NCBI RefSeq assembly: GCF_006345805.1
Contig: NC_043004.1
Span: 9,672,001 to 9,736,000 of the forward strand
DNA: 64,000 nt
Direction: 5' to 3'
Origin: Octopus sinensis
Taxonomy: Eukaryota
The notes below the pieces were generated by a model, which searched no databases, was not told where the DNA came from, and was given only the letters and a program-made list of their open reading frames with translations. Shown here one piece after another: positions 36,261 through 48,465 of this stretch. Within the stretch, counting starts at the first letter, position 1. Each line of letters starts with the position of its first letter. The position numbers and the translations under genes are program-made.

Positions 36261-36663
36261 AGGAGAAAGAGACAAAAATAAAACAACACGTGTTAATTTT
36301 TTTTTCTAAAAACGTTCAGTGACGTTAACTGGAGTTTGGGGTTCGAGTAGAGGTCATTCCACCTTTTCATTTATCATTACCATTCTTTTCATTCGATTTT
36401 ATTTTTTCCCCTACTTTTGTGTTTTGTCTGTCCTTGTGCTGTCCCCTCTAGTCGTCAGGTTTGTATATGTATGTGTAGATGTGTGTGTGTGTGTATTTAA
36501 TACCGTACCGTACATAGTATGTCTGTATTTTTGTATGCAGTGTAAATTAACGAAATAAAATAATTATTACAGAGAGACAAAGAATTTTATATTTTACCTT
36601 GCAATTGCTACGATAATTATTAACCGGTGATGGAACAGTAAATGAGTATTGCCTTAAAGGAAA

Positions 36664-36880
36664 CTAGCAGAGTTACCCGGCGTTGCCCGAGTTACATACA
36701 ATTGAAGAATTAGATTTTTCTGTTATATTTTCTGTAATGAACTGGAATACCTATGTTTCGAATTTTATCAAAATTGCAGATGAGGGTTATTTCCCTCTTT
36801 ACACACCCAAACAAAATTGTAATCGTGCCACATGTATCCCATACTACTGATTTTTATGCGCATATTCCAAAATTCCAGTC
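36664..36880 (-). mobile_element. Helitron 3' end (extent uncertain)
   Basis: A|CTAG at 36663-67 with adjacent hairpin CCCGGCGTTGCCCGAG, the same type as at 35026 and 9293. Confidence 0.6.
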
Positions 36881-37724
36881 TTAGAGAACCTGGTAAAAGG
36901 ATTTTGCTCCTGAAAAATGGAGGTCATAGAGCTCTAAAATGTGAGAGTTAAGTACCCTGTTGAGGGTAGGCAGCTTAATGTCAACTAGAGAAGTTGAATT
37001 GTTGAGAATCTTTTTAACTTGGGTCTTATATCTATTGTTTGAATTTCTTTGAAATTGGAAATATATGTTCACTGGTTTGTAAAAGGGAGCAAAGCTGCAG
37101 GAAACCAAAAGATGAATGATCACAATAAACAGTCAGTTACCTTACCCTAGTTGTTATCACTCCCAATGTAGGATTCCTCACCGTCCAGGTGACAGGCAAA
37201 GCCGTAAGATGCATTGCGAATCTATAGCAATTGGAAGGGCGTGACCCAACTGAAATAAACATTAACTGTGTGACTTGAGGGCTAAGGAGAAATGAAAGTG
37301 TCACCTCTGGAGTTTGCAAATGACCACTATACTGATACGTAACTGGACAGAATATATTTACAATCTATAAATGTCTCTGAATAACCAGTCACTCATCAGG
37401 GAAGGCCTAGAAATCAATGTTACCATCTGGGGACTATATGTGACCGAGTGATAATAAAAACACTGAAAGGAGGTCTGCAATCAAAAATCTTTACTCAACA
37501 CTTTGCAACTGAATCAGTGGAGGCAAAGTTGCCTCTCATTTACTTGATAATATATGCAGCACATTGCAGAAATCACAATCTAGGAGTATGTCAAAGCAAA
37601 CTGTTACACTGTTGTACCATTGAATTAGAAATAATGCTCATCTTCTATGCTCGGATAATATAGTAATAACGTATAATATAATAATTAAATCGTAACATAA
37701 CACTTTAAAGTAAAAATAACAATT

Positions 37725-38914
37725 GGTATAAAATTGCATCAATAACTTGAACTTGAATAAGTGGTTTCACATGAATGGGAATAAATTAAAAATAAAATTA
37801 ATGTGCAGAAATGGAATAGTCCAGATGCAGGTGTGCAAATACCGTTTACCACGGCTTTTACATTAGATTATCTGCTAATTAGCTAGCATTGGGTATCTAT
37901 ATGAAGTTTGGCTGTATGTAATTGCTGTTTTCTCGAACAGCCGCTTCTACTGAGTACTGATGTTGGTTTATTTATTATCCATAAAGGACTGTAGCTTCAA
38001 CTGAGTACTGCTTTTTGATTCACCGTAAGGTTTGTTGTTGTTATTATTACTGTTTAACTATTGCTATCACGTTTGTTGGTTCCGCGTAAGGGAAACGTTG
38101 TTGTGTTGCATTTGTTAAATAATTGTAAGTCGTAACCCTCCCCCTTTGGAAGAAGGAACTTTGGTTATTGTTTAAAAATTGAATTGTGTCCCTGTTTGGG
38201 GAAATTGACAATATTTTCACCGTTTATACGGAAGCATTTTTGTTAAAATGTCTTCGATGGATGAAAGTCCAAAAATGAATTTTGCTGCAGTCGTCGGCGG
38301 GCGCGAACTCGTTAAAATTAAAATGGAAGAAATACAAAACTATTTCGGATTGATCACCGACAAAGACGGTGAATCTAGGATAACACCACCAAACAAAATT
38401 TAAAAAATTAAATTAAAGAAAAGACTATTGTCTATAAAGTATACTGTAGAGAAAAAAAAATTGAACACCTGGAGGAAAGCACCATTGAAAAATGTCTTGG
38501 TGCGACTATGAAAGATATCTAACCAGAGGCGATAAATTCGCCACATTAGAAGCAAGGTTCGAGTCAACGGAGCGTGCAAGGGAGTACTCGACTCGAACCT
38601 TGCAAAGTGGAAATATTTTATTTTTACCTTTATATCTGGGGCGTAGGACGTCCCGGATAAAAATTTAAAATGTCCTCCAAGAAGTAGAGGTAGGCTGGAT
38701 TGTAGCCACTCTTCTACACAAGTGGGAGGACAAGATACAATTGATCGAAATTGCAAGAGACGTGCCTGCAATTCCAGTCTGTTATATATTTTGAGTATTG
38801 TTATCACTAGCGATATCAAGATATAACTTTGTATTTTGTATTTTATGTGTAGATGTATATATATAGATGTACATGTAATATGTACACATATATATACACA
38901 TATATACACGCTAG
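37725..38914 (+). mobile_element. Middle and 3' part of a Helitron-associated repeat also present at 48890-49460
   Basis: Blocks 37725-37790, 38025-38295 and 38725-38905 match 48905-49445; ends in CTAG at 38911-14, but no subterminal hairpin is seen. Confidence 0.6.
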
Positions 38915-38916
38915 TA

Positions 38917-39330
38917 TCTATATATATAAAACTGAGAATGTGTGTCTGTCTGTGTGAATCCCTAAAACTTGAGAACTTCACAACCAATTTCATTCAAATT
39001 TTACAAATGCCTTACTTAGGGTCCATATAGTGTCATGAGCAAAAGAATTTCTAACATCTTGCCTAGGGCGAGCCCACAGCAATATCATATCTTCTCCACT
39101 ATTTCAGTATTACGTGTTAAAAGTGAAACAAAAACATCTCTCTCAATTGTAATGTCAGATACTTTCACTTTAATACTGAAACTATTAAAGTGAAACTATT
39201 ATATAACAGGGATGAACCATTAACAGTGGACATCTATTTTGCTAGAAGATCCGCTATGGTCTTATATGCTACACCACTGGTTTTCAATTCATATTAATCA
39301 AATTAATATTCAAATTTTCACCCTTATTAT
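38917..39330 (+). mobile_element. 5' part of the same Helitron-type family
   Basis: A|TCTATATATATAAAACTGAGAATGTGTGTCTGTC; matches 48466-48885. Confidence 0.7.
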
Positions 39331-39360
39331 TTTAAATTTAAATTTACATTTATATATATA

Positions 39361-39480
39361 TTGGCCTGCTCGCTTAGCCAGCGGGGTGGCGTCGTTCGAA
39401 GGCTAAAACAATGCAAACGCATTGTGACCAGCGATGTGTAGCAACATCTGATGGTCTGGTCGGTCACGTGATCACGTGAT
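39361..39480. repeat. Short GC-rich structured element between (TA)n runs, unclassified
   Basis: Hairpins TTAGCC/GGCTAA, ACAATGC/GCATTGT and GTGACC/GGTCAC; two CACGTG motifs at the end. Confidence 0.45.
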
Positions 39481-39508
39481 ATATATATATATAGATGTAT
39501 ACATATAG

Positions 39509-39553
<45 letters not shown>

Positions 39554-39619
39554 ACATGTATATATATATGGATGTATATATATATATATATATATATATT
39601 ACATGTATATATATGGATG

Positions 39620-39663
<44 letters not shown>

Positions 39664-39673
39664 ATATATATAT

Positions 39674-39735
<62 letters not shown>

Positions 39736-39786
39736 ATATATGGATGTATAATATTATATATATGTGTGGTGTGGTGTGTATGTATG

Positions 39787-40256
39787 TAAAGAATGTAGTT
39801 GTGCAAAGCTGGAACAATGCGAGAAGTTACAAAGTAAATGACAAAACTGAAAAGAAAACAGGAGAAAATGCAGTTTTACCTTGTATTTCTATATTTCGGG
39901 GTGAAAAGCCCTTCTTCAGGGCATTCGGATAAGCGATGGTTGGAAAAAGTTTCTTGCTCAGAAGTGTGTTGAGGAAGGGACAGGTGAAGAAGGAGTAAAG
40001 TGACATACACAGACGGCTGTTGTTATAGCTTCTAGTCTGCTTCGAGTAAGCCCTGCCATTAACAACAGCAAGGTACTTCACGAAGCAGATCGGATGTTAC
40101 AACAGCCATCCGCGCATGTCACCTTCTTCCCCACAACACACACGCACCTCTGAGCAACAAAGGTTTTCCAAGCACCGGTTTTCTTTTCAATTTTTTCAAT
40201 TTATTTTTACTTTCTACATTCTCGCATTGTTCCGGCTTTTTACAACTACATTCTTT

Positions 40257-40257
<1 letters not shown>
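39787..40257 (-). mobile_element. 471-bp diverged fold-back element with a hammerhead-core motif (39890-39924, minus strand) in one arm only
   Basis: Paired blocks TAAAGAATGTAGTTGT/ACAACTACATTCTTTA, TTGCTCAGA/TCTGAGCAA, GGCTGTTGT/ACAACAGCC and TCTGCTTCG/CGAAGCAGA; minus strand CTGAAGA-A-GGG..CCC-GAAA-TA-TA. Confidence 0.75.
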
Positions 40258-40312
<55 letters not shown>

Positions 40313-40344
40313 TATATATATATTATATATATATATATATATAT

Positions 40345-40388
<44 letters not shown>

Positions 40389-40394
40389 ATGTAT

Positions 40395-40565
40395 ATAGCC
40401 ACTACAACATTTTCTCTCCTTGTTTCTTTCTGTGTTCCTTTCTGTGGAAGAGTGTAGGCTCGAAACGTTAAAGACTTTTTCAATTCCCGATCGTTATTCT
40501 AATACATCTTTTTATTGTCTACACCACCTGTCTTCGTCTTGTGTTTTTTTCGTGAATTCTCCCTA
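40395..40565 (+). mobile_element. Dispersed non-coding element with U6-variant hammerhead motif (40438-40473)
   Basis: CTTT-CTGTGGA-A-GAGT-GTAG-GCTC-GAAAC-GTT-AAAG; family also at 51175 (3' fragment), 53530 and 62975. Confidence 0.7.
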
Positions 40566-40869
40566 TATGTGTGTGTGTGTGTGTGTGTATAGAGAGAGAG
40601 AAAGGGAAGAAAGGCTAAAAGTGAAAGAAACAGAGATTTAATATAAGAAGTACAAAGCGAGTGTCTGGTGGGAGACAGGGCATAAAAGATTGCTACGCAC
40701 TCATTTACAGGAAAAGAAAATGTATAAAAGTTAGTATACACTTTATTGAAAGAAGTATATACACTTTATTTAACGGTTTTTATTTAAAAAATAAAAAACA
40801 ATAACGATTTAAACAATTATTACCAGCGTTGATTATATATCATTGAAGTTTACTCTCTCTCTTTCTGTT

Positions 40870-40912
<43 letters not shown>

Positions 40913-41808
40913 TTCTCGCTCTCACACAAATACATGTATCTTTTAGAAAGAGAGATAGAAAGAGAAAGAGAGAAAGAAAGAGAAAGAGAGAGAGAGAGAG
41001 AGAAAGAGAAAGAAAAATATAGAGAGAGAAAGAGAGAAGCCTAACGAGGGTTTCATGCCATACACCTTATTTTGAGAAAGAGGGAGAGAGGGAGAGAAAT
41101 ATGAGAGGTCTAACAATGATTTCCCTCTCACAACTAATTTTGAGAGAGAGAGAAAAAAGAAAGAAGGGAGGAGAGAAACAGAAACAGAGAGACAGAGAAA
41201 GTGAATGAGAGAAAGTGAGAAAGAGTGTGAGTGAGTGAGAGAGAGAGAGGTGGGGAGGGGGGGGGGGGGTCTTAATGATTCCGTACCTCATCTCTTATTT
41301 CGATTCTGACACCTTTCTGTAAAGTTCACATCTCTTTTTGAAATGATATTTTGCAGAGATTTTTCCAATGGAAAAGACTTCGGTTCTGTTCATAAACTCA
41401 AGAAAATCATTCGTCGGATGTTGTTTGGGATCATTTTTTCCCATCTCAGAATTTGTCGGATGTTGTTTGGGATCATTATTTCCCATCTCAGAATTTGTTT
41501 CCGTCAGTTTCTGTAACTTTGTAACTTTTCACTTTTCTTTCAGATTTCTGCTTCAAACATGAACGTCAACTAATCATATTCCTGCAAAATATCATTTAAA
41601 AATATGTATTTTTTAATGAGAATAATGAAGAAAGAAAATTGAGGATAGGACAATGATCCGAAGCTTCAATTATCAACATAATTTTACTTGTATACCATGG
41701 AAAATGTAAAAATATCTCTACAGAATTTTAATTAAAAATTTATGCATTGTTTACAAAGAAATGGAGAAACAAATTTGTGACATCAAGTTAAACATGTATG
41801 TATGTGTT

Positions 41809-41850
<42 letters not shown>

Positions 41851-42169
41851 AAGAGAGAGAGTGAGAGTGTGCCTGTGTGTGTATGTGTGCACGTGCTTGA
41901 TGGCGTGCCTGTGTGCGTGTGTATAAAGTCAGTAGTGTATAAGAATAAACCTTGTTTTTGCAGACACCCAGGGATACTTCACATGTAGTGTAGAGGGTTA
42001 ATACGCAGTTAAGGGGTTTAAACAATGAAACTAAATTGATCAGAAGTGATAGCAATGGAGTCCAATACCATCATGCAAAAACCTGTGAAATAACCAACAT
42101 ATAGAACGCACATATATTTGATATATTTGCATTTAACATGCATATCCTTTATGTAAGCTTTTTCTGGTC

Positions 42170-42373
42170 TAGGCACAAGGCCCGATATTTTGGGGGAGTG
42201 GACCAGTCGATTAGATCAAGCCTAGTATGAAACTGGTACATAATTTATCGACGCCGAAAGGATGAAAGACAAAGTCAACCTCGGCGGAATTTGAACTCAG
42301 AACATAAAGACAGACGAAATACTGTTAAGCGTTTCGCCCGGCGTGCTAACGTTTCTGTCAGCTCGCCGCCTTA
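42170..42373 (-). mobile_element. SINE family 2
   Basis: Reverse complement of the head and core seen at 3522. Confidence 0.85.
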
Positions 42374-42573
42374 CATCTTTTATATAAGAGCTAGAAAATG
42401 GTTTTTACGAGAACTATTACAGTCATTGATGCATGAATTGAGATTTGGAGAATAGGTTCTGAGGATCTCTAAATTTGTATCACCAAATATACTCGTGAAG
42501 ATAGGTTGTCAATAAAGCAAGCCACCGATTATCCTTGTCAGTAGTTTTTGTGTCTTATGCTACAATTGAACAG

Positions 42574-42649
42574 TGTATCAGAGCTGCTATTTCTGAGAAG
42601 CTTAAGATATTTCGAGAAGGTACTACTACACAAGAAGATGCCTGTAAAC
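42574..42649 (+). CDS. Candidate isolated 76-bp internal exon (CIRAAISEKLKIFREGTTTQEDACK in phase 0); product unknown
   Basis: CAG acceptor at 42571-73, GTAAGT donor at 42650-55, two frames open, in non-repetitive sequence; no homology recognised. Confidence 0.3.
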
Positions 42650-42879
42650 GTAAGTTAGTAAATTTATTTTAATAAAACGAACGCGTTTCACCTGCTCTTT
42701 ATGAGCCAAAAGCAGTAAAAGGAGGGAAAATTTAAGAATTGAAATGATGTAATGATGACGACCGAAGCAAACTCACGAATGTTATGAGATCGACTGAGGG
42801 GAAGAAATATTTATACAAAACTTAATACGAATGTATTTATGCGCGCGCGCGTGTGCATGTGTGTCTGTGTGTGTGTGAT

Positions 42880-43135
42880 AAACAAAGGATCAAAAGTTTC
42901 CCCCACAAGTCATAGGTTAATGGGGTTGGTTTCCAGGCTTCTATGGCATCTATACACACTGCAGGTCAAGAAGCTGGCCCGCTACAGGAATGATAATTTT
43001 TGCCACCTGAGTGGACTGCGGCAACGTGAAATGACGTATCTTGCTTAAGATCACAACGCATCGTCTGGTCGAGGAACCAGGACGACAAGCTTACGATCAT
43101 GGGCGAAACACCGTAGCATCTAACCCACGCGCTTA
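42880..43135 (-). mobile_element. Third SINE family, diverged
   Basis: GAGTGGACTGCGGCAACGTGAAATGACGTATCTTGCTTAAG resembles the reverse complement of a CTTGAGCAAGACACTT-type SINE core; tRNA-like head remnant near 43070-43130. Confidence 0.5.
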
Positions 43136-43145
43136 CACACACACA

Positions 43146-43200
<55 letters not shown>

Positions 43201-43223
43201 ACACACACACACACACACAAACA

Positions 43224-43259
<36 letters not shown>

Positions 43260-43549
43260 ATGCACACATACACACTCACACACACACATGCACATACACA
43301 AATAGGTGCTACTTTGGCGTTTCATCTACAATTTAAAGTCCGATTATTTTAAGCTACATTTTAATTTACTTTTCAATTTCTAAAAAACCCTTAAGATGTT
43401 GGTATACATCCCCATCCCACACACACATACATATGCATCTATGTATATATATAAATGCATGTATGTATATATACATATACGCACATACATAGATAGATTC
43501 ATGTATAGAGATAATGATGAAAATAAACAACTAAAACTGCTTGGGTTTG

Positions 43550-43990
<441 letters not shown>

Positions 43991-45028
43991 TACATACATA
44001 GATATATATGTATTCGTGTAAATAGAGACAAAACAACGACTGAAAATTTTCAGACGATGAATCTTCAAGTACGAATATATTTCTCCATTGACAGAGCAAA
44101 CTTACACAGATTACAAAGACCGAAAATCAAAGTGGAGAATGTATGTGAATATGCAAGTACATAAATATGTATGTGTGTATGTGCATGTGTGTATGTGTGT
44201 GTTGTGTGTGTGTGTGTTGTGTGTGTGTGTGTATTTGTGCGTATTTTTTAAGCCAAATATATCAAATATATTAAACCAAAACTATGAATAAGGTGTGGGC
44301 AAACGAGGGAAACGCACAATAATCTGTCTAAATATTTCCTGTAAATCGCCAAAATTGTGGCATCTTTCAGTTGATCACAATAGCGAGTTTAACAGTAAAA
44401 CTTAGCAAGACTGACTTTGCTAGAAACTAGAAGAATATTTAAAGGAATTCTAACAAGAAAACTGATATAAAAATAATATAAAGCGCCCCAAAATAAAGGC
44501 GTCTCATCAATGTTTATAAATAAATGGAAATCATGTGACTAACTTGCCGCCAGCAGGATTCTTTTCTTAGTTTCATTTATCTGTGTACGTGTGTTGATGT
44601 TTGTCCGAGTGTGCCTGCCGGTGTATGTATATGTATGTTTATGTGTGTGTGTGTTTGTGCGCGCGTGTGTGCGTGCGTGCGTGTGTGTGTGTGTGTGTGT
44701 GTGCGTGCGCGTGCGTGTGTGCGCGTGCGCGCGCGTGTGTGTGTGTGAGAGAGAGTCTCTGTGTGTGTATATGTATTTGTGCGTTTGTCTGCATAGGTAC
44801 TCCCATATCTACTCGCACATATATACATACATACATATAAAGATAGATAATATATAGAGAGAATGTATTTGTAATACACACTCTCTCTCTCTCTCTGTCT
44901 ATATGTGTGTGTGTACTTATGTACGTATGGTATGTATGTGTATATATATATATATATATATACATACACACATATATATATACACATACATACATATATA
45001 CATATACATTTGTATATCTATCTATCTA

Positions 45029-45066
<38 letters not shown>

Positions 45067-45234
45067 AGTGTGTGTGTGTGTATGTATATATGCATGTATG
45101 CATGCGGGCGTATTTGTACACACATAAACATGTTAGCGCTTGCATGTACGGTTTGTATATCCATACCCCTATACATTACATTGATTTGAATGGTCCTTAA
45201 TTGCAGTCACTAACCTATCGTTTTATTTGTTGCT

Positions 45235-45296
<62 letters not shown>

Positions 45297-45820
45297 TAGT
45301 AGTAGTAGTAGTAGTTTCTTCGAAGAAGTGGTAGTGTGGATTTGAGGTGTTGTATATTAAATTAGGTTCGCTGTGTGAGTGGCTCTATTCCTTTTAGGTA
45401 TTGAAATACAGTATGACAAACAAAAAGGAAAACACTCGTTAACTACACAGAACTCCCACTGCTAACAACAAAAATCCACATATTTCCATACCACCAAGAA
45501 ATAGTTCTGACATACTGCAGCTACTGAGACTTTCGTATCTGGAACATTACATAACACTAACCTCCGAAGTAATAGTCGTTGTTGCTGTTGTTGTTCATGT
45601 TGATTCTCTTCATGGTTACCATCATGGCCCAACTGAATATTGCTTATTATTATTATTATATTTTTTCTTCTTTTTTTTTTCTTCTTCTTTCAAATTTGCT
45701 TCCATTTCTTGCCGAGCGTCTTCCCGACTCCTAGGGCAAAGAAACTCATAGAATGCATTGGTAGGCCATTAAACCAAACTCAATAATTCGTTCATTTTTT
45801 TTTTTAATTTTTTAGGTTAA

Positions 45821-45861
<41 letters not shown>

Positions 45862-45879
45862 CATTATCATCATCATGAA

Positions 45880-45960
45880 TGATAAATGCAAGGTTAATAC
45901 AGCTAGCAACTATAGACCAATCACTTGGTTACCGTTGGTGTAGAAGTTATTAACAAGAAA
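45880..45960 (+). mobile_element. Tiny R4/Dong-type RT fragment following (ATT)n
   Basis: DKCKVNTASNYRPITWLPLV*KLLT. Confidence 0.5.
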
Positions 45961-46404
45961 GCTTTCTATGGCACATGTGGGTTTTGCTTATTTTATTGGG
46001 CATTTACTGTATGAGAGTATTCTTGTATGGTTTTGGGGGGAAGTTGCATAGTGTGTAAATTATAAATCAGCTATTTCACGGTGTTTATAGAAATCTGTCA
46101 ATTGTTCTTGTTTGGGAGGAGTTGGTTTTGTTCTGGGTCCATCTTTACAGCGTTTACTTTTTGGTAGAATGCTGCCCATGGACATGTGCTGATATTTCTT
46201 TCCTATTTATTATTATTATTATTATTATTGATGTGTAAGCGAGAGACCGAGAAGAAACAGCAATGTGCTTATATGTAAATGTCTTGTATAAATATGAATG
46301 TAATTAATTTTTTTTAATTTTAAATTTTACTCACAGGTTTGCATTTTTCGTCCATTTTCACGCACGTTCTGCTGTGGTGGCGCATCTGAGGGAATCTGTT
46401 TTTG

Positions 46405-47645
46405 TATTCTTCTTCTTATCTAGTTTCAGCTCATGAGCTGTGGCCGTGCTGGGGCACCGCCATTCGGTGTTGCTACATGATTTTACTTCACGAATGCTTT
46501 TTAGCAATTGACATTTGGTGTATGAGTGAGTTTGATGCAGCTGCCCTCATCTGCACCTCCTGCCGTGAAGTTGGTTCATCTGGGACACCTGACAGGAAGA
46601 GATCCAGTTTTATTTTAAAGACATCTGCATCCACCCCATGCAGGTCTCTCAGGTTCTTCGGGAGGACATTGAAGAGCTATGGACCTCTGAAGCCCAGGCT
46701 ATCACAGTATCTTGTCCTACATCTTGATGGCAAATTTGGAGTCCTTGGCACTATGCAGTGGCGCCCAGTTCTAGTATTTGTGTTACTCTCGATGCCAAAG
46801 TTTGGGACAAGTCCTTCCAGGATCTTCCAGATGTATATTATGGCATATCTTTCTCGCCTACGCTCTAAGGAATAGAGTCTTAATCTCTTGAGTCTTTGCT
46901 AATAGCTTATATGCTGCACAGAGGCTATCTTCGTGTAGCTTCGTTGGATCGCCTCAAGTTCTGTGATTAATTTGACACTGGTTGGTGACCATAGCTGAGA
47001 GCAATAGTCAAAGTGGCTTAGGACAAGTGTCTTCCAGAGGACCATCATGGTTTCCTGGTCTCTTGTTCTAAAAGCTCTAAGAATCCATCCGGTCAGCCGC
47101 CTACATTTCATTGCCAATTTAGCAACATGCACATGAAAGGTTGCATCATTACTGATGCAAATACCCAGGTCTCGTACTGATTGTGCCTCTGGGATTGCAA
47201 TCCCTTCAGGTCCAGTGTATTTATTGGGTATTGCATCTAGTTTTGCATGCTGATAGCATAAAGCTTGAAACTTTTCAGCATTGAACTGCATGCTATTCTT
47301 TCAGTCCACTTGTAAATTTTGTCCAGCTAACATTGCAGATGCATAGTGTCTTCAGGGTTCTGTATTACCTGTGAAACTTTTGTATAATCTGCATAACTTT
47401 TGATCGTGGCTGTCTGCGTGGCTGAGGGCATGTTTGAGGGGGCCATTATGAACAGCAGTGGTCCCAAAACACCGCTCACTATTTGCGTGTTATTGGAGCT
47501 ATCCCCATTGGCTACTACCACCTGACTTCTATCCTTCAGAAAGTCATGAAGCCATTCTCCCAATTTTCCAACTATGCCAAGATCACGCAGTTTGTGACAT
47601 ATCATTCCATGATTGACTTTATCAAAGGCCTTTGCAAAGTCGAGA
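46405..47645 (-). mobile_element. CR1/L2-type LINE, 5'-truncated, decayed RT with intact 3' tail
   Basis: YLDFAKAFDKVNH; VLGPLLFI; YADYTKV; VRDLGICIS; LSHFDYCSQLWSP; 3' stem-loop tail and (GAA)n. Confidence 0.9.
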
Positions 47646-47759
47646 TATATGACCACCGCCACTACCATCATTATGAGCAGCAGCAGCAGTAGAAGAAGGA
47701 GGAGGAGGAGAAAAAGGAGAAAGAAGGAAGAAAAAGAAGGAAGATAAGGATGGAGTAGT

Positions 47760-47887
<128 letters not shown>

Positions 47888-48366
47888 AAGAAGAATAACT
47901 ACAACGCATACTCAACAAACAAATTGTGACGAAACAACAAAGAATAAAACAGCGCGGCGGCAGTAACGACAACAACAGCATCAGCAACAACAACAACAGC
48001 AACAACAGTTGTAGCGTAAAGGGAGAAATTGAAGGCAGAAAAGGGTTTTACACTTGAAGTGATCGTGTCTAAGAGTAGAAACTTCAACATTTCCGTTTCT
48101 CTATGAGACAATGTGTGTTACTTTCCGCTTCTGTTTGGCTGGAAGGGTATTGCAGTGTCGGACGGAAGTCATCTGCAATTGTAATGAAACCCCTTCCGAT
48201 CTCCTTGCCTTCAGACCCTTCAATGGCTACCTGATAACAAATGGTGCAAAAGTTAGAGAGGTGCTTTTATCTTTTGGTCAATTTTGGCTTCGGGTGAATG
48301 AGATTATATATGTGTATATATATAAATATACATACATACATACATACTTACATACATACATATATA

Positions 48367-48438
<72 letters not shown>

Positions 48439-48465
48439 ATAATATATATAAAATATAATATATAA

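Noticed and set aside
37360-37402. Minus-strand CTGATGA with a partial hairpin
   Set aside because: No GAAA follows.
41962-42000. TTTTGCAG acceptor followed by DTQGYFTCSVEG (Ig-like flavour)
   Set aside because: Motif spacing is not D-x-G-x-Y-x-C and the donor is weak.
46330-46400. Splice-like signals on both strands around CTCACAGG
   Set aside because: Ambiguous strand and adjacent to a LINE tail; no homology.
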